The translations under genes were made by a program, and so were the position numbers. A DNA stretch of 64,000 nt, from IMG/VR virus record IMGVR_UViG_3300045988_156427. One strand, 5' to 3'. A model generated the notes under the pieces. That model was not told the origin of the DNA. It ran no database searches and worked only from the letters and a program-made list of their open reading frames with translations. Positions 31,283 through 41,299 of this stretch are shown piece by piece (within the stretch, counting starts at the first letter, position 1; the number at the start of each line of letters is the position of its first letter). This stretch comes from a virus. Taxonomy: Duplodnaviria; Heunggongvirae; Uroviricota; Caudoviricetes.

Positions 31283-32475
31283 TAATCATCATCCCCGTAC
31301 AGTTTGCGGGTAACTTCTTCGTCTTCCTCCTCGTCTTCGTCCAGATCCTGTTCAAGCCATGCTTCGTTTGATATGCCTTCCGCATCGACATCACCATAAC
31401 CACCTGTATCGACGATATCGGCAATTTCTTCTCTACGATGCTCAATCCACAATGCCGCATCAGCGCGGCGGCTGGCGGCCCGTTCTCGCGCGATTTTATC
31501 CAGATCTTCAAGTGATGGAGCGCCAGATGCTGTTTGGTTTTCCTCATCATCGGTATTGGTCTTAGGAGCACGCAGATCGGCTTTGATTTGCTCCAGCATC
31601 AGGGGCGGCACTTTTCCTCCATGCGCCTCGATGAATTCAGCCGCTTCCAGCACTGACCAGTTATTTTCACGCTTTCGTTCGTATGCCAGCTTAACAATGC
31701 CAGCTTGCCCCATAGATAAAGCGTGCTTTTCCGCCTCCCGGCTTTCTTTTCGATAGTTATTCCGGATGCTGTAAATGGTGTTGATCAGGCTGCTTATCTG
31801 CGCGGAACAGCTGTTTAGCATGCTCGCGATACGGTATTCAGGCGGAGTACCTTCATCATCGTCTTTTTGCTGATCGCGCATTTCCTGCACCAGGCGAATA
31901 CACGTATCCCTGGCGTTCTCCAGCATAAGGAGATGAGAAAGAGACTTTTCCAGAAGAGTGGTTTCCAGAACATCGGCCCCGGACCGACGCAACATAGCGC
32001 GCGCGGCCTTCCGCGCTTCAACGTTATCTATCAGGTAATCGCCAGCTTCGAATTCAAAGCGTTCACCATCATCATCCAGGGTGTCGCGTTCCAGGCGATC
32101 ACGTAAGGTCCGGTGGGCGCGGGTGATCACGTCATGATCATCTGAACGATCATTTATGCGCTTATTTTGGCGCTTCGCATTCTCGACTGCGGCACTGACA
32201 ACGGCATTAACTCTTTGTTTTCCCGCTATTTCAGCCGAAACGTGATCACCTGCATGTTGATCATTAGAGTGATCAATGATCATGCTTTTTAGTGGCTTCC
32301 TGACTGGCTTATTTGGCTTGCGGCTGTCCGTAGTCCTGGTGTCTTCTTTGAAGGCACGGAGATAACGACGTGCGGTATTAGGGTTAAGATTAAACTCGGC
32401 GGCATACTGTGCGATGGTGTAACCACCATCTCGCGCCAGGCGAGCAAAATTCTTCTTGTGATCGTCCCAGGTCAC
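31282..32475 (-). CDS. pacA: Terminase small subunit PacA (contains the pac site)
   Basis: 397 aa, N-terminal HTH-like segment, acidic C-terminus; GTG start with AGGAAG RBS; TGATCA cluster inside its 5' region. Confidence 0.8.
32124..32282. other. pac packaging site: two clusters of TGATCA hexamers about 100 bp apart
   Basis: TGATCA at 32124, 32135 (plus GATCA at 32148) and at 32243, 32258, 32270, 32277. Confidence 0.75.
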
Positions 32476-32560
32476 TTATGCTTCCTTTCGTAAAAACTCT
32501 TTTTGACGCGAGGGTAACGAAAGTCACATGTCAAAAGGCCCGGAACGGGCAAGCAATCAA

Positions 32561-33013
32561 TCAGATACGTGCGGATGTGGCATTACAGTAATGACGGTGC
32601 TGACGGGCCACCTTATTGAAAAGTTGACGCGCCATTACCCAAGGCTGGTGCTCCCGGCGTTCCTTTTCGTCCTGCGTCATATAGAGTTCGTTCTGGAGTT
32701 TTTCATCAAACCGGCGCGGAGCGCGGCTACGGCGAAAGAATTCAGGATTCAGAGAGTGGATCTGAAATCTACGTGGGCGTGTACTGTCATCTATCAAAAC
32801 AGACGAATACTTAGACACAGCGATAGCCTTTAAGCGCAGATAAACATCGCGCTTATCGACATCCAGATGCGGGTATTCCTTTTCAAGAATTGCTGCGAGT
32901 TCTTTCGCTGATAGAAGAGATTTAGTGCGGATCATGTAATCCGCAATCTCGTACGATGTTATTCGTGAGTGATTTATTTCCATGAAGTGGCGTCCCTGCC
33001 AGTTAAGTAACAT
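32561..33013 (-). CDS. lpa: Lpa, late promoter activator
   Basis: 150 aa; C1 operator-like core about 80 bp upstream; synteny with pacA. Confidence 0.6.
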   Translation of the reverse strand: MLLNWQGRHFMEINHSRITSYEIADYMIRTKSLLSAKELAAILEKEYPHLDVDKRDVYLRLKAIAVSKYSSVLIDDSTRPRRFQIHSLNPEFFRRSRAPRRFDEKLQNELYMTQDEKERREHQPWVMARQLFNKVARQHRHYCNATSARI

Positions 33014-33083
33014 CCTGTCACCTACTGATTAGCCCATGTCAACTAATCAACGTGGAATATAATACCCTCGATTAAAGAAATAG

Positions 33084-33100
33084 CAATACATTAGAGCAAT
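33084..33100. promoter_or_regulatory. C1 operator-like site upstream of lpa
   Basis: ATTAGAGCAAT core at 33090-33100. Confidence 0.6.
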
Positions 33101-33101
33101 T

Positions 33102-34145
33102 TTATCTAACACTCGACGAATGACTTGTGATAACGCCCACTCCAAGCGCGTAATCAAAGAACAATCGTTGATGCATCGCCAACCTACCGTGCGTCTTCTC
33201 CCAATTATCGCGGTCACGCTCAATATCACGCTGGCATGACTGGCACAGAGGAATTGCGTAAATGTCATGCGCGCATAATCGACTATGACGAACGATATAA
33301 GGCGTAATGTGAGCGCCAGCTCCCGCAGCTCCACACCCACAGCATGGACGGGAAGCAACAAAGTCCATGTACTCAGGTAATTTTAGCGATTGCAGTTTTG
33401 GTATTTTGAAATGCGCCATGCCAGGGTCGGAGTCAACATCCACAGGGCATACTTTTGCACGCATCGGCGCGGCGCGTTCTTCCATCATCTGAACATATGC
33501 TGTAGCGCGATCGTCATACGGGCGAATATCCGCCTCTTTCAGAGGTCCGCTATCCTGCGGAGTAGCCTTCATCTTATTTATTGATATGCGGCAGACTTCT
33601 TCCGGCATCAGGTGCATCATGTTGCGCATGAAAGCCCACCAGCACAGCTCCTGAATACTTAAATCATGGCTATTTGAAAGGCCCATTTCCTGACGGGCGA
33701 CATCCAGTATCCAGTTAACGCGATTATTGTGCAGCGTTTCTTTCAGCTCATTAAAACCACGCATCCGGTAATGGTTATCGTGATGCCAGCACAACAACAC
33801 CGCGCTATTGTCTCGTTCAGCGTGGACAATATGGTTGTCACACCAACTACGATCTGCGGCCTGGCATTGACCCTCTTTCCTACGCAACCACGCCACCAGC
33901 GCGTCAATTCCACCAATACGGCGAAACAGTTCATCGCTGTTAAAAAACGGCTGCAACGCCTCATTTGTTGCCATGGTTTGCTCGGTAACAACGAGGCCGT
34001 CTTCCATGTGCTCGATTAACTCACGCGGCACCGGCTCCATAATAAATTTACGGCCAGCCTCCACCAGCTTTCTGACCTCCTGATCCACTTTGAACGTGGC
34101 GAGGCCAAGCTCTTTCTGTACAAAGGGAGTAATTACGGCTTTCAC
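33102..34145 (-). CDS. Cys-rich protein downstream of phd-doc (position of P1 pdcB)
   Basis: 347 aa, GTG start with AAAGGTG RBS; CxxC/CxC motifs near C-terminus. Confidence 0.5.
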   Translation of the reverse strand: MKAVITPFVQKELGLATFKVDQEVRKLVEAGRKFIMEPVPRELIEHMEDGLVVTEQTMATNEALQPFFNSDELFRRIGGIDALVAWLRRKEGQCQAADRSWCDNHIVHAERDNSAVLLCWHHDNHYRMRGFNELKETLHNNRVNWILDVARQEMGLSNSHDLSIQELCWWAFMRNMMHLMPEEVCRISINKMKATPQDSGPLKEADIRPYDDRATAYVQMMEERAAPMRAKVCPVDVDSDPGMAHFKIPKLQSLKLPEYMDFVASRPCCGCGAAGAGAHITPYIVRHSRLCAHDIYAIPLCQSCQRDIERDRDNWEKTHGRLAMHQRLFFDYALGVGVITSHSSSVR

Positions 34146-34172
34146 ATCACACCTTTAATCACTGATTGGGCT

Positions 34173-34352
34173 TTATCTGCTGCCCGGCATTCTCTGTTTA
34201 AGCACAACCATTTCCTGACGGCATAACACAGCAATAGCGGTCCTGACTCCAATTTGCTTACCAACCAGGTATTGCTTTACCTTGCGGCGACTCACGCCAT
34301 CAAGAAGCATCTTTAACGCTTCACGGGACAATTTGTTGTATTTGCGTGCCAT
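34173..34352 (-). CDS. Small basic protein immediately downstream of doc
   Basis: 59 aa from ATG 34352, GGAG RBS. Confidence 0.35.
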   Translation of the reverse strand: MARKYNKLSREALKMLLDGVSRRKVKQYLVGKQIGVRTAIAVLCRQEMVVLKQRMPGSR

Positions 34353-34356
34353 TAAT

Positions 34357-34737
34357 CTACTCCGCAGAACCATACAATCTACGTAACGTGTCGGCGACAG
34401 AAGATACAGATATCTCGCCAGTCGCAGCGCCTACAGTAAGGTCTGCCAGTTCAGGTGAATCAAATACCTGCACCCCGTTACGGCGTAGAAATAACAGCGC
34501 ACTGTTTAGCGCGGTACGCTTATTGGCATCATTGAATATATGCCCTCTCGCTGTAGCCACCAGGTAGGTGGCGGAGACTTCGAAAAGGTCGGTGATCTCT
34601 TCGTAGGCAACTCTGGCCTGAACTCTCCCGATAATGGCCTCTGCCCTACCCGGATCAGACATTCCCGGCAGGCCGCCGTAGCGGCTTATATTCGCATCAT
34701 GAAGCGCAATAAGTTCTTCCGGTGATATATGCCTCAT
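34357..34737 (-). CDS. doc: Doc toxin (Fic-fold kinase) of the Phd-Doc addiction module
   Basis: 126 aa, [22 protein letters not shown]...; overlaps phd stop. Confidence 0.92.
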
Positions 34738-34958
34738 TATCGGTTAACCAGTTCCTTGTTGGTGGAGTCCAGGGTGTCAAACAGGGATGCAAATTCAGCA
34801 TCCAGCGCCGCTTTTTTGTAGGCTTCGAAAGTAGCCTTGCTGACAATTACTGCTGGCTCACGGCCTCTGCGGGTGATTTCAACCTCTTCCCCGGCCTCAA
34901 CATTGTTGAGCACTTCAGAAAGGTTGCCGCGCGCGGTACGGAAGTTAATGGATTGCAT
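34737..34958 (-). CDS. phd: Phd antitoxin
   Basis: 73 aa from ATG 34958: [39 protein letters not shown]... Confidence 0.92.
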
Positions 34959-35030
34959 AAACACCTCGTGTACTCGTTATGTGTACACAATTATAAACTT
35001 CACAGGCATAAAGCACCAGCACTTTGCAGC

Positions 35031-35420
35031 TTAAATAACCGGACAATCATCAAATTCCCCACTTCGGGCATCATTGATGACATGAGTGATCACACCAAAA
35101 ACAGCATTACTGCCCGTGTATCCATCGTCATCTACTGGTAACGCCTCTTTCTTCCCAGTGCTTAAATCCTCCAGGTGCTGGCGCGGATACTTCCTGTATC
35201 TCTTTATGCGATATTCACCCTCCATAGCGCACACAAGCAGAGAACCATCAACCGGAGTAAGCGAGGAATCAACCACCAGCAAAGCACCCTGCAATATTCC
35301 CTCACGGTGATGGCTATCAGCTGCCCGCATGAAGTAGGTCGCTGAAGGATGTCTAATTATCTGCTGATCAAGAGAAATTCGGCTTTCAACATAATCCGCC
35401 GCAGGAGAAGGGAAGCCCAT
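35031..35420 (-). CDS. humD: HumD, UmuD-like S24 peptidase
   Basis: 129 aa, UmuD'-like C-terminal domain; SOS box 19 nt upstream. Confidence 0.8.
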   Translation of the reverse strand: MGFPSPAADYVESRISLDQQIIRHPSATYFMRAADSHHREGILQGALLVVDSSLTPVDGSLLVCAMEGEYRIKRYRKYPRQHLEDLSTGKKEALPVDDDGYTGSNAVFGVITHVINDARSGEFDDCPVI

Positions 35421-35438
35421 AGCGTTTTACCTCAATGA

Positions 35439-35458
35439 TACTGTTTATTCATACAGTA
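35439..35458. promoter_or_regulatory. LexA (SOS) box TACTGTTTATTCATACAGTA
   Basis: Perfect CTGT-N8-ACAG palindrome just upstream of humD. Confidence 0.8.
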
Positions 35459-35543
35459 TACATTGAAAAGGCATAGTTTGTGAAAGCGGGGTTTGTAGGC
35501 GAGCCACGCTGGGGGCTAATCACATTTCTCCCCCATCTTGCCG

Positions 35544-35795
35544 TTATTTTTTTGGTGCATCCTCGTTCTGATACACCGGATCGCTCCCTTTTGGCAACTG
35601 GAGGCTTAACTGCCGATAGTGCCGTAACCGTTCCATGAAATAGGTGCGCAGATTCTCTGGTTGCTCGCGGGCTACCTGTTCAGCTATGACAGGTATGTTC
35701 AATCGCTCTTTGTACGCCACACCGCTGGCAGCCAGATCAACGTTAACCTTATCCCGTTCTTCCTGACTTTTAGCTGCAATATTCCAATCGTGCAT
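35544..35795 (-). CDS. hot: Hot, homologue of DNA polymerase III theta subunit
   Basis: [33 protein letters not shown] resembles HolE; start moved to ATG 35795. Confidence 0.7.
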   Translation of the reverse strand: MHDWNIAAKSQEERDKVNVDLAASGVAYKERLNIPVIAEQVAREQPENLRTYFMERLRHYRQLSLQLPKGSDPVYQNEDAPKK

Positions 35796-36244
35796 ATCAA
35801 ATCCCATCCAGAACAATTGCGTAACGACTATTATTTAACCAGCAAAGTAACTTTTAATTTTTTTTCTTTTCCCATTGATTTTTGTGCACAGCTTATCTGC
35901 CTTGCCGTGCGCAGAATCAACTTTTTTCTTCCTGATTTATCCACAAAGTTATGCACTTGCAAGAGGGCCATTTTCTAAATATTGTGATGTTTCACAAATG
36001 AAATGAATTTTGATTAATGAAGATAAGGAGAAAATTTGAGATGCAATCATGACGTTAATAGATAGGGTCTGCATTACAGACCCCATCCGCATCAAGGAAT
36101 TAGCCGTTCCCTGATGTTGTTCCGAAAACATGTGCCGTAAGCTCACGTTAACGACTTTCTTTCACCGAATCCAACTATATAGGGGTTGGGTTTCTACGTC
36201 AACGTGAGCAAGTGCTCCTTTACATTTGACAAGGAACCACCTTA

Positions 36245-36382
36245 ATGACTGCTTTTTTTCAGTTCCTGAGTGCATTTTTAGATGCGCCTGTTATTAGCCA
36301 GATTCTGGCGATCATCCTCATCATCGTTTTGATTTTGCTTTTAAGGTCAGTAAAAAATGGAATTATGCACTGGCTTACTTAA
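36245..36382 (+). CDS. Candidate 45-aa hydrophobic peptide (MTAFFQFLSAFLDAPVISQILAIILIIVLILLLRSVKNGIMHWLT)
   Basis: ATG to TAA, one predicted TM helix, AAGGA 10 nt upstream; in a 640-bp stretch with no other long ORF. Confidence 0.35.
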   Translation: MTAFFQFLSAFLDAPVISQILAIILIIVLILLLRSVKNGIMHWLT

Positions 36383-36456
36383 TGTTCAGTGAAACATTAA
36401 AATCTCCTTGATGTGGAAACAATCATTTTCTGTATGTGCTGGTGGGTACCTGTAGT

Positions 36457-36819
36457 TCAGCTTTCGTTGGCATTTAACTTCGTCTTTGCTTTCTCCACCA
36501 GCAACTTCCAGATGCCTATTTCATTAGCAGCCGCCTTGATGGCGGCATAAAAAGCATCTTGCTGATCGTAACGCTGAATCTGTTTTTTCATTTTTGCCTC
36601 CACCAATTTAATTTCATTACGTGCTTTCTGAAGCCGCAGCGCCGCCCGGTTACGTCTGTTCTTGTATAGCGCGTTAATCTCTGATAATTGCTTTAATTTA
36701 CCAGCCTGACTGCGGATTATCGCCTCTCTGACTTCTGCCGTGCGTCTCATCTGATCTCTTAAGAGTTCACCGTTTTCGATAATTCTTTCAAGGTGTTTGA
36801 TGTGATCTGCAACTCTCAT
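36457..36819 (-). CDS. Hypothetical coiled-coil protein
   Basis: 120-aa ORF in a co-directional overlapping gene string. Confidence 0.45.
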   Translation of the reverse strand: MRVADHIKHLERIIENGELLRDQMRRTAEVREAIIRSQAGKLKQLSEINALYKNRRNRAALRLQKARNEIKLVEAKMKKQIQRYDQQDAFYAAIKAAANEIGIWKLLVEKAKTKLNANES

Positions 36820-37748
36820 ACTTCACCCTCGCTTGTATCGCCAGCATCCACCAGCGGCAATAAAGCCCTGGCCATCTTATGAACCAATAGTGCATCAATA
36901 ATGCCAAGCGTATGCCCCGGCTTAATGTTTAATGCCGCCTCAAGGTGACACCTTTCCAGGCCACTTTTCTCGGCTTGTTTATGATGATCTGGTGTAATAA
37001 CGTCGCCCAAAACACGGCTAATTCTTTCTCGTAATTGCTGGGTGCCAGCACACTTGATCGCTGTATCGTGGAGACGGTTAACCAGTTCGCGATAAACATG
37101 CGGCTTAATTCGGATACGTTCACCGGTGACGCCCTTTCCTGGTGCTGGCACCGAACTATCCGGAATATCCGGATAGTTGCCAGCCTCGTAAGCTACCCGC
37201 AGCCAGTGCATGAATGTTTCAGTGGACACACAACCACAGTCCACATCGATTTTCCCGCGTTGCTGTTCCAGCCATTGCCCAAAATCCAACCTGTAAGTCT
37301 TACTTTCAAGTTCATCACCATTGAACTCGACTTTCTGCGACGCTATGAGAGCTGATTCGTATTGTTCGCGAGTGACAACTGACTGGTATTCATCGCTATC
37401 AAGGTCACCAATTGGAAGCTCAATCTCACAACAAAAATTGCGCCCAAAGAAAGTGTCTTTTTTGTGGTCTGAGCCAAAAGCAAAAGTCGCGCATGGTGCC
37501 ATTAAATTGACACTGGGTAGGTAACAATAACTCATTCCATCAGGCCACCCGCCGCACTTAGGCAGTTCCTTCACTAACAAGTCGATAAACTTCATTTTTT
37601 TATCATCTTTGCAAGCCGCCAAAGCCATTTGGGCAAGTGCCAATACTTCATCTGCCGTATATCCAGCACCGTGACCATACATTTCGATACGGGAAATAAT
37701 CTCTGATATACGCTCTTCAGTGATTCTGGTCATTTCTTTTTGCGCCAT
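36816..37748 (-). CDS. Hypothetical protein
   Basis: 310-aa ORF, overlaps neighbours by 4 and 19 nt. Confidence 0.5.
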   Translation of the reverse strand: MAQKEMTRITEERISEIISRIEMYGHGAGYTADEVLALAQMALAACKDDKKMKFIDLLVKELPKCGGWPDGMSYCYLPSVNLMAPCATFAFGSDHKKDTFFGRNFCCEIELPIGDLDSDEYQSVVTREQYESALIASQKVEFNGDELESKTYRLDFGQWLEQQRGKIDVDCGCVSTETFMHWLRVAYEAGNYPDIPDSSVPAPGKGVTGERIRIKPHVYRELVNRLHDTAIKCAGTQQLRERISRVLGDVITPDHHKQAEKSGLERCHLEAALNIKPGHTLGIIDALLVHKMARALLPLVDAGDTSEGEV

Positions 37749-38104
37749 TTCTTTTCACATTCCTTAGTCCATTTTTCAATGTTCATTTTGGCAATATCAG
37801 TCATTCCATCACCTAAGAAATACTTTCTCCGGTACGTCTTGCACTTAAACCACACTACAACAGCCACCAGCCAGAAAATAAAAGGCCATACAGCAATACC
37901 AACTCCAGCCGCGATAAAGCCCAATAGCCATAAATGAAGCTCTCCAACTTCTGTTTGCGGCAATATTCTTAAAGAATTAAGCAGCAGACTGAAGGAATAG
38001 TCGTATGCATTGGCGGTATAAGACATGCAATCCATATAATTAAAGTCATAGCCTGCGGCTGCCGCCCATAATGGGCGGTCAAGAAAATGTTTTAGTGTCA
38101 TCAT
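37730..38104 (-). CDS. Hypothetical membrane protein
   Basis: 124 aa with hydrophobic segments. Confidence 0.45.
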   Translation of the reverse strand: MMTLKHFLDRPLWAAAAGYDFNYMDCMSYTANAYDYSFSLLLNSLRILPQTEVGELHLWLLGFIAAGVGIAVWPFIFWLVAVVVWFKCKTYRRKYFLGDGMTDIAKMNIEKWTKECEKKWRKKK

Positions 38105-38110
38105 ATAAAT

Positions 38111-38500
38111 TTAAGGTTCAGACCAGTTATCTTCAATAGCAATGCTTAATCTTTGTAGCCATTCTGCTAATTTCAGCATTGCTTCTCTTTCGCTTAAACC
38201 ACGAGGAAAATCATCAAGCGAAATTGTTGGCTTGAAGCCCCCGTAACTATCTATTTCAACAGTCAGATTTTGCTCCAGCACGGTATTCCTTACGCGGCTA
38301 TTGTGCCGAAGCAAATATACTGAACGTGATTTATTGGTTTTATGGTCAAACTGATATTCGGTAAGTATCATCTGGCTTTTGCCATGACTATTACCTCTCC
38401 ACATACTTACCTCACTTAATAAAACAACTCCATGCGTAGTTGATGATTTTTTCCCACGTAATATAAATCTGCACTCCGGCAGTAAAACCAAAGCCAACAA
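38111..38500 (-). CDS. Hypothetical protein
   Basis: 129-aa ORF. Confidence 0.4.
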   Translation of the reverse strand: MLALVLLPECRFILRGKKSSTTHGVVLLSEVSMWRGNSHGKSQMILTEYQFDHKTNKSRSVYLLRHNSRVRNTVLEQNLTVEIDSYGGFKPTISLDDFPRGLSEREAMLKLAEWLQRLSIAIEDNWSEP

Positions 38501-38582
38501 TTGCTGAAAAAATCAAAACATTTACTTTTGACATTATAAATTTTCTCTCGGTGTCGTAGGTGATAGCACCATAATTGATAAT

Positions 38583-38834
38583 TTAGTGAGTTAGCAGTTC
38601 CATTTTTTGGATGATTTCCGCATGAGCATCATCGTTATCAACACTTAACTCGTTTAATGCCTCTCGCACTACATCAACTTCTTCTGGTTGGAAGAAGTCA
38701 TCTCGGTAGTCACCAAATAGAACCGAAACAAGCCTGCCACCAGCAACATCAAGATTGGCGCTAACAGGTGGCTCTTTGCCATCCTCAAATTCGACTACAA
38801 AAGTTATTTTTCCCATCGTTACCACCAGCGACAA
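38583..38834 (-). CDS. Hypothetical acidic protein
   Basis: 83-aa ORF. Confidence 0.4.
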   Translation of the reverse strand: MSLVVTMGKITFVVEFEDGKEPPVSANLDVAGGRLVSVLFGDYRDDFFQPEEVDVVREALNELSVDNDDAHAEIIQKMELLTH

Positions 38835-38898
38835 ATTGAATACAAACCCAGTGCTGCCGCCATCACAATTCCTACCGTGGTGAATGCTTCAGGCCAGC

Positions 38899-39651
38899 TC
38901 ATTGATTCACCTCCTGCGGCGGTTCTGGTAGCGGCATCCAGTGTGATGGAATCCACGACGCACCAGGTATTACCCACCCATCATTAGCGTCAGGATGCCC
39001 CGGGATGTAAGTCGCCCATTTCATTCGCCAGTCACCTTTCCTGTCAAACTCCCTGGCAACAAGAACGGCTGTTTTGGTATCCGGCATTCGCTCACTACAG
39101 CTTATCCAACCATCCGGAGTTACCGGAGAGTTGCCAGCCAGTCTACGCAAAACAGCCTTAATTGCATCAATACGGTCATCATCAACTTTTTCTACAATAT
39201 TGGAATTTAAATACTTCGAAGCCTTGCTATGCCAATCGCTGGTTTTAGGGTCTTGTCCATCCATCAAACGCCAAGCTTCAGCGATTAACTCATAGCCAGT
39301 AACAGTGGCTTCCTGCGCATCACCAATCAGTTGTGTGATCTCTCTTTCAAGCATGCTTAGAGCGTTAGGCATTGGTTTTTCTTCCGGTACTACTGGAACG
39401 GGGGGAGCGGCGTAGACCTCAATAATTCCATTATCAATAGGCCATTCTCCATCCTTGAGGTAGTCACTTGTGCCGTCAACTTGCTGTTCTGCAATGTGGA
39501 ATGCACCTATTGGTTTTGCTTCCAGCGATGCCAGAGCAATCCGTGCCAGTTCTTCCGCTTCTTCTGCTGGCAGTACAACGTTGCTACCCGGTCCGTATGT
39601 TTCGCGCCACTGCTTGATTGTCAGCAGTCGCTCTTTGGTTATAGTGGTCAT
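38899..39651 (-). CDS. Hypothetical protein with DUF551-like C-terminal domain
   Basis: 250 aa; C-terminal W-rich block ending HWMPLPEPP. Confidence 0.5.
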   Translation of the reverse strand: MTTITKERLLTIKQWRETYGPGSNVVLPAEEAEELARIALASLEAKPIGAFHIAEQQVDGTSDYLKDGEWPIDNGIIEVYAAPPVPVVPEEKPMPNALSMLEREITQLIGDAQEATVTGYELIAEAWRLMDGQDPKTSDWHSKASKYLNSNIVEKVDDDRIDAIKAVLRRLAGNSPVTPDGWISCSERMPDTKTAVLVAREFDRKGDWRMKWATYIPGHPDANDGWVIPGASWIPSHWMPLPEPPQEVNQ

Positions 39652-39929
39652 TTGTTAATCCTCAAAACTTTATGCCCGGGCGCAAAAGCACGCGTTTTGT
39701 CTTTGCTTATTCGCCAGCCATCCTTGCGCGCCTCTTTTGCACAGCCAGCCCATGACGTACCTATATACTCACCGAAGTCTGGCACTGGATATACACCTTC
39801 CGTGCACTGACGGCAGTCACAATAGAGATGCATGGTGTAACTTGCAGCGATAGCCATATCACTCTCCTTTAGTACGCAAGTGGTTTTTCCAGCGGTTTTG
39901 CGCCGCGCTGGGCTTTTTGCAAAAACCAC
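39648..39929 (-). CDS. Hypothetical Cys-containing protein
   Basis: 93-aa ORF, 4-nt overlap with downstream gene. Confidence 0.4.
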   Translation of the reverse strand: MVFAKSPARRKTAGKTTCVLKESDMAIAASYTMHLYCDCRQCTEGVYPVPDFGEYIGTSWAGCAKEARKDGWRISKDKTRAFAPGHKVLRINK

Positions 39930-40219
39930 AATCCATCATCCCGTAATGTTTCATTAACCCCATCCGTCGGTTGCTGAGTCTCACCCACTGCCAGACGCCA
40001 GGAGCGTTTCTACGAACTAACAGAATCTTTGCTTTACGGTTTTTCATCGCTTTGCTCTCCTGCGTCTCTTTGCTGCTCGTCGTGCCGCTGCAATACCGGT
40101 ATGGCGGCGCTTTGGTGCCGGGATGATGTTGTCAGCCATCAGGACATGTGGCTTTGCAATTAGCGCAGAAGCCCAAAAACGAGTCGGGTACGGTAACAAG
40201 CCGATACATGCCACACGCA

Positions 40220-40867
40220 CTACTCACCTCCGTTGATGCGAATGCCAGCGGCACGGGAATCATTCCATCGCTTTACTTCTTCACGAATTACGTCAATGCA
40301 TTCTTTCGAATCCATTAGGTAATCTTCATCAAAAAGCCTTTCCTGTTCGTTTTCTATCGCAACAATGATTGCTTCAACTAACTTTTGTGCCTGAGAACCA
40401 CTTTCTAACTCTGCAATGCGCTTCTCTGCGGCTTCCAGCTTCTCGCGCATATCGTCAACGTACTCGACCAGAGATCCGCCAGCAGGAATTTCGCACTCCT
40501 CGACCAGTTGGAAGTAGATATCAGCTGCGGCCCGTGTGTTGCTATGCCTAGCGTCGCCCATCTCACCTTCACGAAGAGCATCGCGTTCGGCGGTAAGATT
40601 GGCTATTTTGCTGTCTTTGCCTTCCAGCTCAACACGCAGCTTCCCTACCGTTAGCGCAATTTCCTCGTTCTCCTGGTCGCGGCGTTTGATGTATTGCTGG
40701 TTTCTTTCCCGTTCATCCAACAATGCCAGCGCGATATCTGGCGAAAAGTGCTTCATAAAATCGTTAAGCGCATTAATTCGCTGATCGAAAGGCATTACAG
40801 GTGCTTCACCAGCAATTTTTGTTTTTTCAGCGATTTCACGAAGCTTTTGATAATCAATCTTGCTCAC
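40220..40867 (-). CDS. Hypothetical coiled-coil protein
   Basis: 215-aa ORF. Confidence 0.45.
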   Translation of the reverse strand: MSKIDYQKLREIAEKTKIAGEAPVMPFDQRINALNDFMKHFSPDIALALLDERERNQQYIKRRDQENEEIALTVGKLRVELEGKDSKIANLTAERDALREGEMGDARHSNTRAAADIYFQLVEECEIPAGGSLVEYVDDMREKLEAAEKRIAELESGSQAQKLVEAIIVAIENEQERLFDEDYLMDSKECIDVIREEVKRWNDSRAAGIRINGGE

Positions 40868-41103
40868 TGGTTGCCTCCTTTACGGATCTGCGCTGCGATG
40901 CGCGAAAAAAAAGACTCCCGCGTATGACTGTTAAGAGCTGGCGCGAACGCTGCGTTAAGAACAGCAGCATCACAGCCGTCATCAATATAGAGCGCAATTT
41001 TTTTCTCCAGGCGCGCTTTGGCTTCCTGCAACTGCATACCCCGGCACGCACGCGGGATATAATCAGCAATTTGAGCGATAGCCTTTTCGTTCTGTTTAAA
41101 CAT
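40864..41103 (-). CDS. Hypothetical protein
   Basis: 79-aa ORF, 4-nt overlaps. Confidence 0.4.
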   Translation of the reverse strand: MFKQNEKAIAQIADYIPRACRGMQLQEAKARLEKKIALYIDDGCDAAVLNAAFAPALNSHTRESFFSRIAAQIRKGGNQ

Positions 41104-41299
41104 GCTTCACCTCGATAGGCTTGATGGTGTCTAACAGCAGTCGACGGCGCGTATTTTCTGCAAAGTGGCGGCGTCCAGTTTCTTTGTGGTAAAACTCGTT
41201 TTTGCCAACGACCCACATCCGCTCTGTTTGGTGCAGTTTTTTTACCTTCGGGCCATCTTTGGTGATCACGGTACCGGTATGGGTTTTTACGATTGTCAT
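41096..41299 (-). CDS. Hypothetical basic protein
   Basis: 67-aa ORF. Confidence 0.35.
   Translation of the reverse strand: MTIVKTHTGTVITKDGPKVKKLHQTERMWVVGKNEFYHKETGRRHFAENTRRRLLLDTIKPIEVKHV

Noticed and set aside
36429-36455. Second LexA box near CTGTATGTGCTGG
   Set aside because: Does not fit CTGT-N8-ACAG; only the humD site (35439-35458) is a credible SOS box.
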